Origin: a bacterium
GTDB lineage: Bacteria; Patescibacteriota; Minisyncoccia; UBA11713; 2-01-FULL-45-33
Direction of reading: 5' to 3'
NCBI GenBank assembly: GCA_030648495.1
Contig: JAUSHV010000004.1
Location: 1 to 36,511 of the forward strand
Length of the DNA: 36,511 nucleotides
The notes below the pieces were generated by a model. That model made no database searches, was not told the DNA's origin, and saw only the letters and a list, made by a program, of their open reading frames with translations. Numbering within the stretch: the first letter of the stretch is position 1; every line of letters starts with the position of its first letter. Made by a program: the position numbers and the translations under genes. Positions 1 to 7,726 of the stretch are shown piece after piece.

Positions 1-333
1 AAAAGCGTCTAAAAATATAAATACGTATCCGTACCTAAAACCGACACAGGTGGGTGAGTCGAGTAGACTCAGGTGAACGAGTGAGAGATCCTCAAGGAAC
101 TCGGCAAAAAAGCATTCGTAAGTTCGCAATATGAATTACCCCGATGACAATATAGCAATATATCGGACCTCGGGGTCGCAGCTAAAGTATGCTTGGCGAC
201 TGTTTATCAAAAACACAGCTCCCTGCAAACACGTAAGTGGAAGTATAGGGGGTGACTCCTGACCAATGCGAGAAGGTTAACGCTGGTGTTTCAATGTAGC
301 AATATGTTGGGGTGACCGGCCGAAGCCCTCGTC

Positions 334-1074
<741 letters not shown>

Positions 1075-1737
1075 GCGCAATTCCTTGTCAGGTGAGTTCT
1101 GACGCGCACGAAAGGAGCAACGACTGAGCAACTGTCTCGAGGATTCGCTCGGTGAAAATGCGATACCGGTGAAGATGCCGGTTAGGCACAGATAGACGAA
1201 AAGACCCCAGAAGCTTTACTGCAAGTTGTTATTGGCTTTACGTTTTTACTACGTAGCGTAGTGGTGAGGATTTGAAGTGTCGCTCTCGGGTGGCATGGAT
1301 CCGACGATGAAACAGCCATTTTTAAAGATGTAAAATCTAACCTGTTGAGATTAAACTCAATGGGGACAGTAGCTGCCGGGCAGTTTGTGTGGGGCGCAAT
1401 CCTCCTAAAAAGTAACGGAGGAGTTTATTAAGGTCAGCTAGGCGCGGATGGACATCGCGCTAGTCGTGTAATAGCAAAAGCTGGCTTAACTGCAAGACGG
1501 GCATGTCGCGCAGTTGCGAAAGCAGAATATAGTGAACCGACCGTAGGCACTCGATGCCGCGGAAGATTAACGGATAAAAGCTACTCTGGGGATAACAGGC
1601 TAGTTCCGTCCAAGAGTCCATATCGACGACGGAGTTCGGCACCTCGATGTCGGCTCAACTTATCCTGGGGGTGGAGAAGCTCCCAAGGGTTTGGCTGTTC
1701 GCCAATTAAAAAGTTACGTGAGCTGGGTTCAAACCGT

Positions 1738-2176
1738 TCAGAATCTAAAAAGATTTGGGTTTTGAACATGTTTGAATCCCGAGGTATAGAAAACGACATA
1801 TCACGGCGACCCTTATTAGTGATAATAAGGTGTATTAATCGACTTATATCGGTGAAGTCCATTTGTGGTAGACCAAGCCACATGTTAGGATAATACCGAG
1901 GGAAGTTTTAATTAATTTTTATGGAACAAGAAAAAATGCCTTTTTCAGAGGCAGATGAGATATTAAAAAGAGTTGAGCGAGAAACGCGATTAAAGTGGCT
2001 AGAATCGCAGGTATCATTATCTCCCGACGAACTCGAAGAATTTAATGATCTCAAAAAAGAATTAAGCGAGCCTGAAAATAAAGATTAATAACACCCGTAG
2101 AGACTGAACGTCGATACTCTCTAAATTTTAGAGAATAAGTTACAGTCCAATGCACGCAGTAATGCGTGGAAACATG
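1738..2176 (+). mobile_element. Group-I-like intron 2 in 23S rRNA (about E. coli position 2593, the I-CreI-type site), without an endonuclease gene
   Basis: The exon ends at gggttcaaaccgT (1737) and resumes at cgtgagacagg (2177). The 5' exon ends in U and the intron ends in G (2176). P7-like strings are agactga (2101-2107) and tacagtcc (2141-2148). Confidence 0.75.
1921..2088 (+). CDS. Small acidic 55-aa ORF inside intron 2 (MEQEKMPFSEADEILKRVERETRLKWLESQVSLSPDELEEFNDLKKELSEPENKD), hypothetical
   Basis: I translated this by hand; it falls below the ORF-track cutoff. It occupies the position where a homing endonuclease ORF would normally sit. There is only a weak purine-rich stretch upstream (gagggaag ~1897). 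The composition is helical and charged, with no recognisable family. Confidence 0.3.
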   Translation: MEQEKMPFSEADEILKRVERETRLKWLESQVSLSPDELEEFNDLKKELSEPENKD

Positions 2177-2239
2177 CGTGAGACAGGTTGGTCTCCTATC
2201 TACTGTGCCCGTTGATTTTTGAGGGGAGTTCTCCCTAGT

Positions 2240-3042
2240 AAATTTTGCTACTTCAGAGAGTAATCTCTGATGACAATTTGGCTAATAACGGTGGAACCTT
2301 CATAAATTTTCTGGTTGTATTTATCCACAGCCCATAGGTCCGGGGTGTGGTATCATGAAGTTACTTGAGGACCAGAAAATTTTTAAGGCAATACCGTGGG
2401 AAGTCGATCTAAAACTAAAAAGAACAAATTAAATTACGCTTACATTGCCGGATTTCTAGATGGCGATGGAAGTTTAATGCTGCAGATTAAAAAACGCAGC
2501 GATTCAAAAAAAGGTTGGCGATTTATGTCCACTATCTGTTTTTATCAGGATAGCAGGCACGATACGCCGCTTTCATGGATTCGTAAGCGTTTGGGAATTG
2601 GATATTTGTCCAGGCGAAACGATGGAATGACGGAATTGCGGATAAATGGTTATCAGCAAGTTCACGGAATTCTTAAAGTTTTGTTTCCATTTATTCAATT
2701 CAAGAAAAATCAGGCAGAAGCGCTTTTGAAAGCATCGGCTCTGCTTGCTAAAAAATCTTTAGTTGAGTTTTCGCTTGAAGAACGGCAGAAATTATTAGAT
2801 TGGATTTTAATTATTCAATCAAACAATTATGCCAGCCGGACGAAAACGACTAAAGAAACTTTGCAGAAAGTTTTAGATTTGACCCCGTAACGACTTGTGT
2901 CCCGCCATTTGGCGCGGACCGGACTCATATAAATTGGAAAGCCGTGCAATTTGCCGGCAGGTTTATATGGGTAATACGCCGACACCCGAAATATATCGGG
3001 TGAAGATATAGTCTGTGCTCCTAGAAATAGGGGGTATACATG
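2240..3042 (+). mobile_element. Group-I-like intron 3 in 23S rRNA, inserted within the sarcin-ricin loop sequence, carrying a homing endonuclease ORF
   Basis: The exon reads ...ctccctagT (2239) and resumes at acgagaggaccgg (3043). The 5' exon ends in U and the intron ends in G (3042). The P7/P3-like string gaagatatagtctg is at 3002-3015. Confidence 0.8.
2396..2890 (+). CDS. LAGLIDADG homing endonuclease (single-motif, ~164 aa), GTG start
   Basis: The ORF lies inside intron 3 and has the motif LNYAYIAGFLDGDGSLMLQI. Confidence 0.9.
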   Translation: MGSRSKTKKNKLNYAYIAGFLDGDGSLMLQIKKRSDSKKGWRFMSTICFYQDSRHDTPLSWIRKRLGIGYLSRRNDGMTELRINGYQQVHGILKVLFPFIQFKKNQAEALLKASALLAKKSLVEFSLEERQKLLDWILIIQSNNYASRTKTTKETLQKVLDLTP

Positions 3043-3122
3043 ACGAGAGGACCGGGAGGAGTTGACCTCTGGTCTACGAGCTCTGCCGCCAGGTGGATCG
3101 CTCGGTAGCTATGTCGATAAGT

Positions 3123-3153
<31 letters not shown>

Positions 3154-3324
3154 ACGCCCCAAGATTAGAAATCGTTATCAGACTCGTGGAAGATGACCAC
3201 GTTGATAGGCTCTAGGTGTAAGCATCGTAAGGTGTTCAGCCGAGGAGTACTAATGTTCGAATTGCTTTTTACGCGGCCGTTTTGTTAGAAAATGTGCTTA
3301 CGAATTAATATTTAAAAAGACGAA

Positions 3325-3353
3325 TTGACCTCTAATTAGAAAGGATGTAGTAT
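3325..3353 (+). promoter_or_regulatory. Sigma70-like promoter TTGACC-N17-TAGTAT, placed 6 nt upstream of the ATG at 3360 (leaderless geometry)
   Basis: ttgacc at 3325-3330, a 17-nt spacer, tagtat at 3348-3353, then ttattt and the ATG. Confidence 0.55.
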
Positions 3354-3359
3354 TTATTT

Positions 3360-3578
3360 ATGAGTGAACAAACACATACACCAGAATTTGATGAGGGAAC
3401 TGTCGAAATAATAAAAAACGCTATGGACGCTCTTAAAACCTTAGAGGCTGCTGCTGAAGCGGGAGATTTAGTAGAGGAACAAAGAAGTGCTATAAAAGAA
3501 TCTCTGAATGGTTTTTTTAAAGCTGTGCGCGAGTCAGGATTTTATATTGAGAGAATACATGGTTCAGAGAAAAAGTAA
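3360..3578 (+). CDS. Hypothetical 72-aa acidic helical protein encoded in the 23S-5S spacer
   Basis: A clean ORF with its own promoter-like element immediately upstream and no overlap with conserved rRNA sequence. No family is recognisable. Confidence 0.5.
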   Translation: MSEQTHTPEFDEGTVEIIKNAMDALKTLEAAAEAGDLVEEQRSAIKESLNGFFKAVRESGFYIERIHGSEKK

Positions 3579-3600
3579 AAAATAATTAAATTTTTTCATT

Positions 3601-3705
3601 CGGTGGTTTGAGGCGACGGCACTACCTCTTCCCATCCCGAACAGAGTCGTAAAACGTCGTACTACCGATGATACTCCGAAAGGGGGAAAGTAGGTAACCG
3701 CCGGT
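3601..3705 (+). rRNA. rrf: 5S rRNA
   Basis: The conserved core cccatcccgaacagagtcgtaaaacgtcgtactaccgatgatact...gtaggtaaccgcc is present. The 5' cggtggtt pairs with the 3' aaccgccg. Ends are accurate to about 5 nt. Confidence 0.85.
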
Positions 3706-3724
3706 TGAAAGGATTTAATTTAAT

Positions 3725-3760
3725 AAACAACCACCTTGTGGTGGTTGTTTGAGTTTTTTT
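3725..3760 (+). terminator. Rho-independent terminator of the rRNA operon
   Basis: A perfect hairpin aaacaaccacc-ttgt-ggtggttgttt is followed by gagttttttt. Confidence 0.85.
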
Positions 3761-3770
3761 GTGGCGCTTC

Positions 3771-3956
3771 TTAATGGAATATCACGCTTCTTTCATGTTT
3801 AGGAGAAAAAATCATTTGTAAGGCGAGTCCGGCGGCAATGGCATCCCATGCTTCATCAGGCGTCAATTTTGCGTTTAATTTGTACGATTCCCACAGTGTC
3901 ATAATCTCTTCGAGTGTGGGAGTAAAATCCTCGTGCGGATTAATTATTTTATCCAT
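3771..3956 (-). CDS. Hypothetical 61-aa protein (MDKIINPHEDFTPTLEEIMTLWESYKLNAKL...)
   Basis: This uses an internal ATG of the 118-aa track ORF, preceded on the minus strand by ataGGAGGactcttttt. The longer N-terminal extension runs into the GC-rich non-coding block. Confidence 0.5.
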   Translation of the reverse strand: MDKIINPHEDFTPTLEEIMTLWESYKLNAKLTPDEAWDAIAAGLALQMIFSPKHERSVIFH

Positions 3957-4016
3957 AAAAAGAGTCCTCCTATTTCCAATTATATCATATCTAAAATATT
4001 TTGCAGTGGGTGGTGG

Positions 4017-4045
4017 TTGAAAGAATTTAATTAGTATGCTAAGTT
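4017..4045 (+). promoter_or_regulatory. Candidate promoter TTGAAA-N17-TAAGTT (TGc-extended -10)
   Basis: ttgaaa at 4017-4022, a 17-nt spacer ending in tgc, and taagtt at 4040-4045. Confidence 0.4.
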
Positions 4046-4052
4046 TTATTTT

Positions 4053-4313
4053 GAGAGGGGGAGTAGTCGTTGCCCTAAGGGGCGGGGACAAAGACCGCAA
4101 GGATTCCAGCGGAACTCCTCTCACCAATTTGTTTTTTAAAAAGTCTTATGGGAGCGGTTTGCGTGGCTCATGGGCCGGTTGGGCTTTAAGCCCGTTTCTC
4201 CGCTTGTGGGAGAAAACCTCCTTCCCGGCTCGGCTACAGGCAGAGGAACTCTTTCCTCGCCGCTTCCGCCAATTTGATCCGCCAAACAAAAAAAGTTGGC
4301 GGGTTTTATTTTT
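4053..4313 (+). ncRNA. Candidate structured RNA(s) A. A 74-nt Y-shaped unit (4053-4126) is followed by a GC-rich structured segment ending at a terminator. Identity unknown.
   Basis: The 5' gagagg(g) pairs with (t)cctctc at 4116-4122, leaving a single-stranded acca. Internal hairpins are gccc-taag-gggc and ccgc...gcgg. gggagcgg (4151-) pairs with ccgcttcc (~4262-). The terminator is ccgccaaac-aaaaaaa-gttggcgg + gttttattttt (4278-4313). There is no credible ORF or RBS. Confidence 0.35.
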
Positions 4314-4324
4314 GTCAGATGGGC

Positions 4325-4352
4325 TTGACAAGCTCTGTGGGTTTGCTATAAT
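4325..4352 (+). promoter_or_regulatory. Consensus promoter TTGACA-N16-TATAAT with a TGc-extended -10 (copy 1 of a duplicated promoter module)
   Basis: ttgacaagctctgtgggtttgctataat differs at only one position from the copy at 4709-4736. Confidence 0.75.
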
Positions 4353-4358
4353 GCTCAA

Positions 4359-4700
4359 GACGGAGGTTGGCATTATCCGTTTGAATAACCAAGCTTGCCA
4401 ACCGGCTTGGGGTGATCGTAGAATGGCGGAACGAGCCAGCGCACCGCAACGTGCCGCGACAGACGAGGAATCCTCCTCAGATCGCAGGCGAGCCAACGTG
4501 CATAGCGGCCGCTAAGTTCTGCCGAAGGCGCCGGCGGAGGGGCTTTTAGGCCCGATCAGGGATGCGGATCATAAATCTGCATAAGCCCCTCCGCCAAAGT
4601 TTTAAAAACGCCTTTAGTCTTTGGGGTCTCAAAGACCGTAGAAGTAGACAAATGCCATTGTGCCAAGTCTACTCGCCGTGCACGACAGCACGGTTTTTTT
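4359..4700 (+). ncRNA. Candidate structured RNA 1 (~340 nt), identity unknown
   Basis: It starts about 7 nt after the consensus -10. It is GC-rich with many helices, for example the long-range pair ggcggaggggctt (4533-4545) / aagcccctccgcc (4583-4595), and the hairpins gtctttg..caaagac and gtagac..gtctac. It ends at the strong terminator at 4676-4700. ORFs are open in several frames on both strands, with no RBS. Confidence 0.55.
4676..4700 (+). terminator. Rho-independent terminator
   Basis: ccgtgc-acgaca-gcacgg followed by ttttttt. Confidence 0.8.
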
Positions 4701-4708
4701 GTTGCCTA

Positions 4709-4736
4709 TTGACAAGCTCTGTAGGTTTGCTATAAT
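4709..4736 (+). promoter_or_regulatory. Consensus promoter TTGACA-N16-TATAAT with a TGc-extended -10 (copy 2)
   Basis: ttgacaagctctgtaggtttgctataat. Confidence 0.75.
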
Positions 4737-4742
4737 GGCAAA

Positions 4743-5033
4743 GTCGGATACTCTCCCCAAGCGGGGTTCCACGGCTGCGAGCTACATGCTCGTCCATAAC
4801 GAAGCTTGGGATTTGAAAACCGCGGACTCGCCGGGCGCCGTCGAAGATACGCGCCGGGCCAGTCCTGACGCAATGGCGAAGGGGGCGCAAATTCAAAAGG
4901 TTTCCTGGGGCCTTTGATTTTTCTGGGGACCTGCACCCCCTTCGCCCAAGTTTTTTTTAAAGCCCTTAAATGGGAAGTCCTTTGAACCATAGAGTTCAAC
5001 AGGGCGGACTCGACTTCGGTCGGGTTTTTTTTT
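4743..5033 (+). ncRNA. Candidate structured RNA 2 (~290 nt), identity unknown; possibly related to RNA 1
   Basis: It has the same promoter module as RNA 1. An analogous long-range helix pairs ggcgaagggggcgca (4875-4889) with tgcacccccttcgcc (4932-4946) and is followed by T8. A second hairpin actcgac-ttcg-gtcgggt with T9 lies at 5008-5033. A further hairpin is gccgggcgc...gcgccgggc. No RBS or plausible ORF is present. Confidence 0.55.
5008..5033 (+). terminator. Rho-independent terminator (UUCG-tetraloop hairpin plus T9)
   Basis: actcgac ttcg gtcgggt followed by ttttttttt. Confidence 0.8.
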
Positions 5034-5038
5034 ATACT
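5010..5038 (+). promoter_or_regulatory. Candidate promoter TCGACT-N17-TATACT, 6 nt upstream of the ATG at 5045 (leaderless geometry), overlapping the preceding terminator
   Basis: tcgact at 5010-5015, tatact at 5033-5038, then aaacac and the ATG. No SD sequence is present. Confidence 0.4.
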
Positions 5039-5044
5039 AAACAC

Positions 5045-5803
5045 ATGCAATTATCTTGGGGAGCCAAAAAACAAATAAAGTTTTTTACCATATTTGCGTT
5101 AGCTATCTTGGCGATAGTCGCAGGAATAATTTATTTTGTCCGTCCGGAGCAGACCTGTTTTGATAAACACCAGAACCAAGATGAAGAAGGAGTCGATTGC
5201 GGAGGGGCGACTTGTATTCCGTGCTCGAACCAGATCCGTGACATTAATATTTTATGGACGCGCCCTTTCAAGATTACGGACGGCGCCTATGACTTTGCGG
5301 CCTTGGTGGAAAACACGAATTCATTTTTAAAAGCCGCCAAACTGGATTATTTCGTAAAATTTTATGACTCGGAAAATATTTTAATAGCCATCAAAGAAAA
5401 TTCAACCTTTGCCGGCGCAGGCGAAAAATTTGTTATCTTTGAACCCTCCATCATTACCCAGCACCGCATTCCTGTGCGCGCAATTCTTGAGATTGCGAAA
5501 GTTGCCTGGGATAAAGGCGGCAAAATTCCCTTGAAGCTCGATGTGCTTTCCACTAATAAATTCCTAAGCGCTTCTTCTACGCCGTCGAGAGTAGAAGCGG
5601 TTATCAAAAATCAACTGAACGCGGAATACAGCAATATAGAAGCAACTGCAATTTTGTGGGATGCAGGAGACACTGCTCTTGGGGTCTCGCGTACGTTTGT
5701 TGACCGCTTTGATATTGATGAAATCAAAACCCTGACGTTTACTTGGCCGGCGGGAATAAACGGCGTCTCGCGAGTTGAGGTCTTTTTCCGCCAGATGCCA
5801 TGA
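5045..5803 (+). CDS. Membrane-anchored hypothetical protein with the Cys motif CFDKHQNQDEEGVDCGGATCIPC
   Basis: This uses an internal ATG of the track ORF, because the upstream part overlaps the terminator. There is an N-terminal TM helix FFTIFALAILAIVAGIIYFV. The stop overlaps the rodA start (ATGA). Confidence 0.7.
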   Translation: MQLSWGAKKQIKFFTIFALAILAIVAGIIYFVRPEQTCFDKHQNQDEEGVDCGGATCIPCSNQIRDINILWTRPFKITDGAYDFAALVENTNSFLKAAKLDYFVKFYDSENILIAIKENSTFAGAGEKFVIFEPSIITQHRIPVRAILEIAKVAWDKGGKIPLKLDVLSTNKFLSASSTPSRVEAVIKNQLNAEYSNIEATAILWDAGDTALGVSRTFVDRFDIDEIKTLTFTWPAGINGVSRVEVFFRQMP

Positions 5804-6951
5804 GGTTTTTTCGAGGAGTTGATTGGGTGCTGGCCTTATCTGCCGTGGTTTTGTCGCTTTTAGGGCTCGCGGCTATGAAATCTTTTGTTATCGGAAACGG
5901 TTCGACTATTCTCACCGCAAGCGACTATTATTTCAACCGCCAGATTTTATGGCTTATTTTAAGCATTTTGGTTTTTATTACCGCTCTGCTTATTGACTGG
6001 GAATTTTTGAAAACGAACAGTATTATTCTACTTTTTTTCTATTTGGTCGCGCTTGTATTTTTAGCCGTACTTCTCTTGGGAGGAGGCAGTATTGTTAAAG
6101 GAGCGGAGAGTTGGTATAAGGTTTATTCCATAGCTTTACAGCCGGTCGAGCTTATGAAAATTATTCTGGTCCTAGTTTTGGCAAAATATTTTTCTAGGAG
6201 GCACGTTGAGATAGCAAGGTTTTTCCATATTTTTGCTTCCGGTATTTATGCGGCTGTCCCGGTTATTTTAGTTATACTTCAGCCTGATTTCGGTTCGGCT
6301 TTCATAATATCCGCTTTGTGGCTCGGCATGGCATTGATCGGAGGCATTAAAGTGCGCCATATACTTTTATTATTTGGGACGGCAGTAATTGCCGGAGTCC
6401 TTGTTTGGAATTTTGTTTTTCTTCCGTATCAGAAATCCAGGATATTGACATTTCTTGAGCCGGCCAGCGACATTCGCGGAGCAGGGTATCATGCCTTGCA
6501 ATCAACCATCGCAGTAGGGTCCGGAGAAATTTTGGGAAAGGGGATCGGCTTCGGCACGCAGTCGAGGCTTTCATTTTTGCCAGAAAAAGAATCAGATTTT
6601 ATTTTCGCCGCTTTCGCGGAAGAGTGGGGGCTCATCGGAGTGCTCATTATATTTTTATTTTTTGGAATTATGATCTGGCGTATCTTGCGGGCGGGGATTT
6701 ACGGTGAATCTAATTTTGAAAAATTATACGCCGCAGGGCTCGCCATTTTATTTGTCTCGCAAGCTTCTATCCATGTAGGCATGAACATGGGGCTTCTGCC
6801 CATAACCGGCCTTGGTATGCCTTTTATGTCTTATGGTGGCTCAAGTCTCGTCTCATCATTTCTCGCAATCGGCATCTTGGAAAGCTTCTCTATCCGCAAA
6901 AAAGGCATATTCATCGGCATGGAGGAACGATTTAAGGAGGGGGTGTTTTGA
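5800..6951 (+). CDS. rodA: SEDS-family peptidoglycan glycosyltransferase (RodA/FtsW family, RodA-like)
   Basis: A polytopic membrane protein with the motifs QPDFGSA and GYHALQSTIAVGSGEILGKGIGFGTQSRLSFLPEKESDFIFAAFAEEWGLIG. Confidence 0.9.
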   Translation: MRFFRGVDWVLALSAVVLSLLGLAAMKSFVIGNGSTILTASDYYFNRQILWLILSILVFITALLIDWEFLKTNSIILLFFYLVALVFLAVLLLGGGSIVKGAESWYKVYSIALQPVELMKIILVLVLAKYFSRRHVEIARFFHIFASGIYAAVPVILVILQPDFGSAFIISALWLGMALIGGIKVRHILLLFGTAVIAGVLVWNFVFLPYQKSRILTFLEPASDIRGAGYHALQSTIAVGSGEILGKGIGFGTQSRLSFLPEKESDFIFAAFAEEWGLIGVLIIFLFFGIMIWRILRAGIYGESNFEKLYAAGLAILFVSQASIHVGMNMGLLPITGLGMPFMSYGGSSLVSSFLAIGILESFSIRKKGIFIGMEERFKEGVF

Positions 6952-6961
6952 GATTGATTTT

Positions 6962-6991
6962 TAGACAAATTACAATCAAATATGCTATCGT
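6962..6991 (+). promoter_or_regulatory. Candidate promoter TAGACA-N18-TATCGT (TGc-extended), 6 nt upstream of the ATG at 6998
   Basis: tagaca at 6962-6967, tgc then tatcgt at 6986-6991, then ttaaat and the ATG. Confidence 0.4.
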
Positions 6992-6997
6992 TTAAAT

Positions 6998-7153
6998 ATG
7001 GAAGAGATTAAGATAGATAAAATCACAACTGATTCAAAAAATAATATGAAGGAAGAAATAGCAAAACTAATAAAACTTGTGAGATGGATTCTTATCGGGA
7101 TAATTATCATAGGATTCATTTGGCTGCTTGTCTCACCGAATTCGCCTTATTAG
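6998..7153 (+). CDS. Hypothetical 51-aa tail-anchored membrane peptide (MEEIKIDKITTDSKNNMKEEIAKLIKLVRWILIGIIIIGFIWLLVSPNSPY)
   Basis: Translated by hand; below the ORF-track cutoff. It has a C-terminal TM helix and a promoter-like element directly upstream. Confidence 0.4.
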   Translation: MEEIKIDKITTDSKNNMKEEIAKLIKLVRWILIGIIIIGFIWLLVSPNSPY

Positions 7154-7204
7154 ATTTATACACACCGATACAATAACACATCAGTTATTAAAATTTAAGA
7201 AATA

Positions 7205-7399
7205 ATGAAAAATATTATGGTTAATATGACAGCCGAATATATATGTAAAAACTACCATCGCACAAGTTATCCTTACTTGGATATTGAAGCGCAAGAAAAC
7301 AATCAGACAAAACAGACGGAAGCGCATTTGTTGTGTAAAACGTGCGGAGCAGATTTAGAGTTCGATAGAGCAAACGCCTCTCTTAAAACAAAGAAATAA
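7205..7399 (+). CDS. Hypothetical 64-aa protein with sparse Cys/His (C14, H18, C44-x2-C47)
   Basis: ORF only. No clear RBS and no recognisable family. Confidence 0.4.
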   Translation: MKNIMVNMTAEYICKNYHRTSYPYLDIEAQENNQTKQTEAHLLCKTCGADLEFDRANASLKTKK

Positions 7400-7437
7400 T
7401 CATATATTCAAAGGATCGTTTTTAAATCCATGGCGGG

Positions 7438-7466
7438 TTGCAAATTGACTCCCAATATGCTAATAT
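7438..7466 (+). promoter_or_regulatory. Promoter TTGCAA-N17-TAATAT (TGc-extended), 7 nt upstream of the ATG at 7474 (leaderless geometry)
   Basis: ttgcaa at 7438-7443, taatat at 7461-7466, then cttaaat and the ATG. Confidence 0.5.
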
Positions 7467-7473
7467 CTTAAAT

Positions 7474-7722
7474 ATGACAAGTAGCTATCTTCAAAAACAA
7501 CTCGATTATTTTAAATCCAATCAAGACGAGTTCGTAAAGAAATATAAGGGTAAATTTCTTGTAATCAAGGATCAAAAGATACAGGGTATTTATAATACGG
7601 AAATAGAAGCGTATACAGATGCTAAAAAGAAATTTGAGCTCGGTATTTTTTTAATTCAACAATGTTCCCCAGGTCAAGAAAGCTATACACAAACCTTTCA
7701 CTCTCGAGTAGCATTTTTTTGA
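7474..7722 (+). CDS. Small 82-aa protein that partners the downstream aspartic protease (pattern ...KYKGKFLVIKDQKIQGIY..., resembling the small DUF5678-like proteins that accompany such proteases)
   Basis: The internal ATG was chosen because the promoter overlaps the longer ORF start. It lies 4 nt upstream of the protease gene. The family assignment is from memory of the sequence pattern only. Confidence 0.5.
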   Translation: MTSSYLQKQLDYFKSNQDEFVKKYKGKFLVIKDQKIQGIYNTEIEAYTDAKKKFELGIFLIQQCSPGQESYTQTFHSRVAFF

Positions 7723-7726
7723 TTCC

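Noticed and set aside
4053-4126. A canonical tRNA gene
   Set aside because: An acceptor-like helix plus ACCA is present and the length fits. However, no D-arm, anticodon arm or T-arm can be drawn, and the GTTCRA T-loop is absent.
4359-5033. Assignment of the structured RNAs to RNase P RNA, tmRNA, SRP/4.5S RNA, 6S RNA or a T-box leader
   Set aside because: I could not find the defining conserved strings. There is no GGAAAGTCC / ACAGAA..GGCTTA (RNase P). There is no tRNA-like T-arm plus CCA 3' end and no plausible Ala-ending tag ORF (tmRNA). There is no GGAAGCAGCC around a GNAR loop (SRP), and no T-box sequence. A covariance-model scan is still needed, so only the specific labels are rejected, not the RNA call.
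4036-5050. Track ORFs 4036-4515(+), 4146-4496(-), 4660-4917(+), 4669-4896(-) and 4730-5050(-) considered as protein genes
   Set aside because: They overlap each other on both strands and in several frames. They have no RBS or sensible start context. They run straight through consensus promoters and intrinsic terminators. Their translations are low-complexity and Arg/Ala/Pro/Ser-rich. This is the pattern expected from stop-codon-poor, GC-rich structured non-coding sequence.
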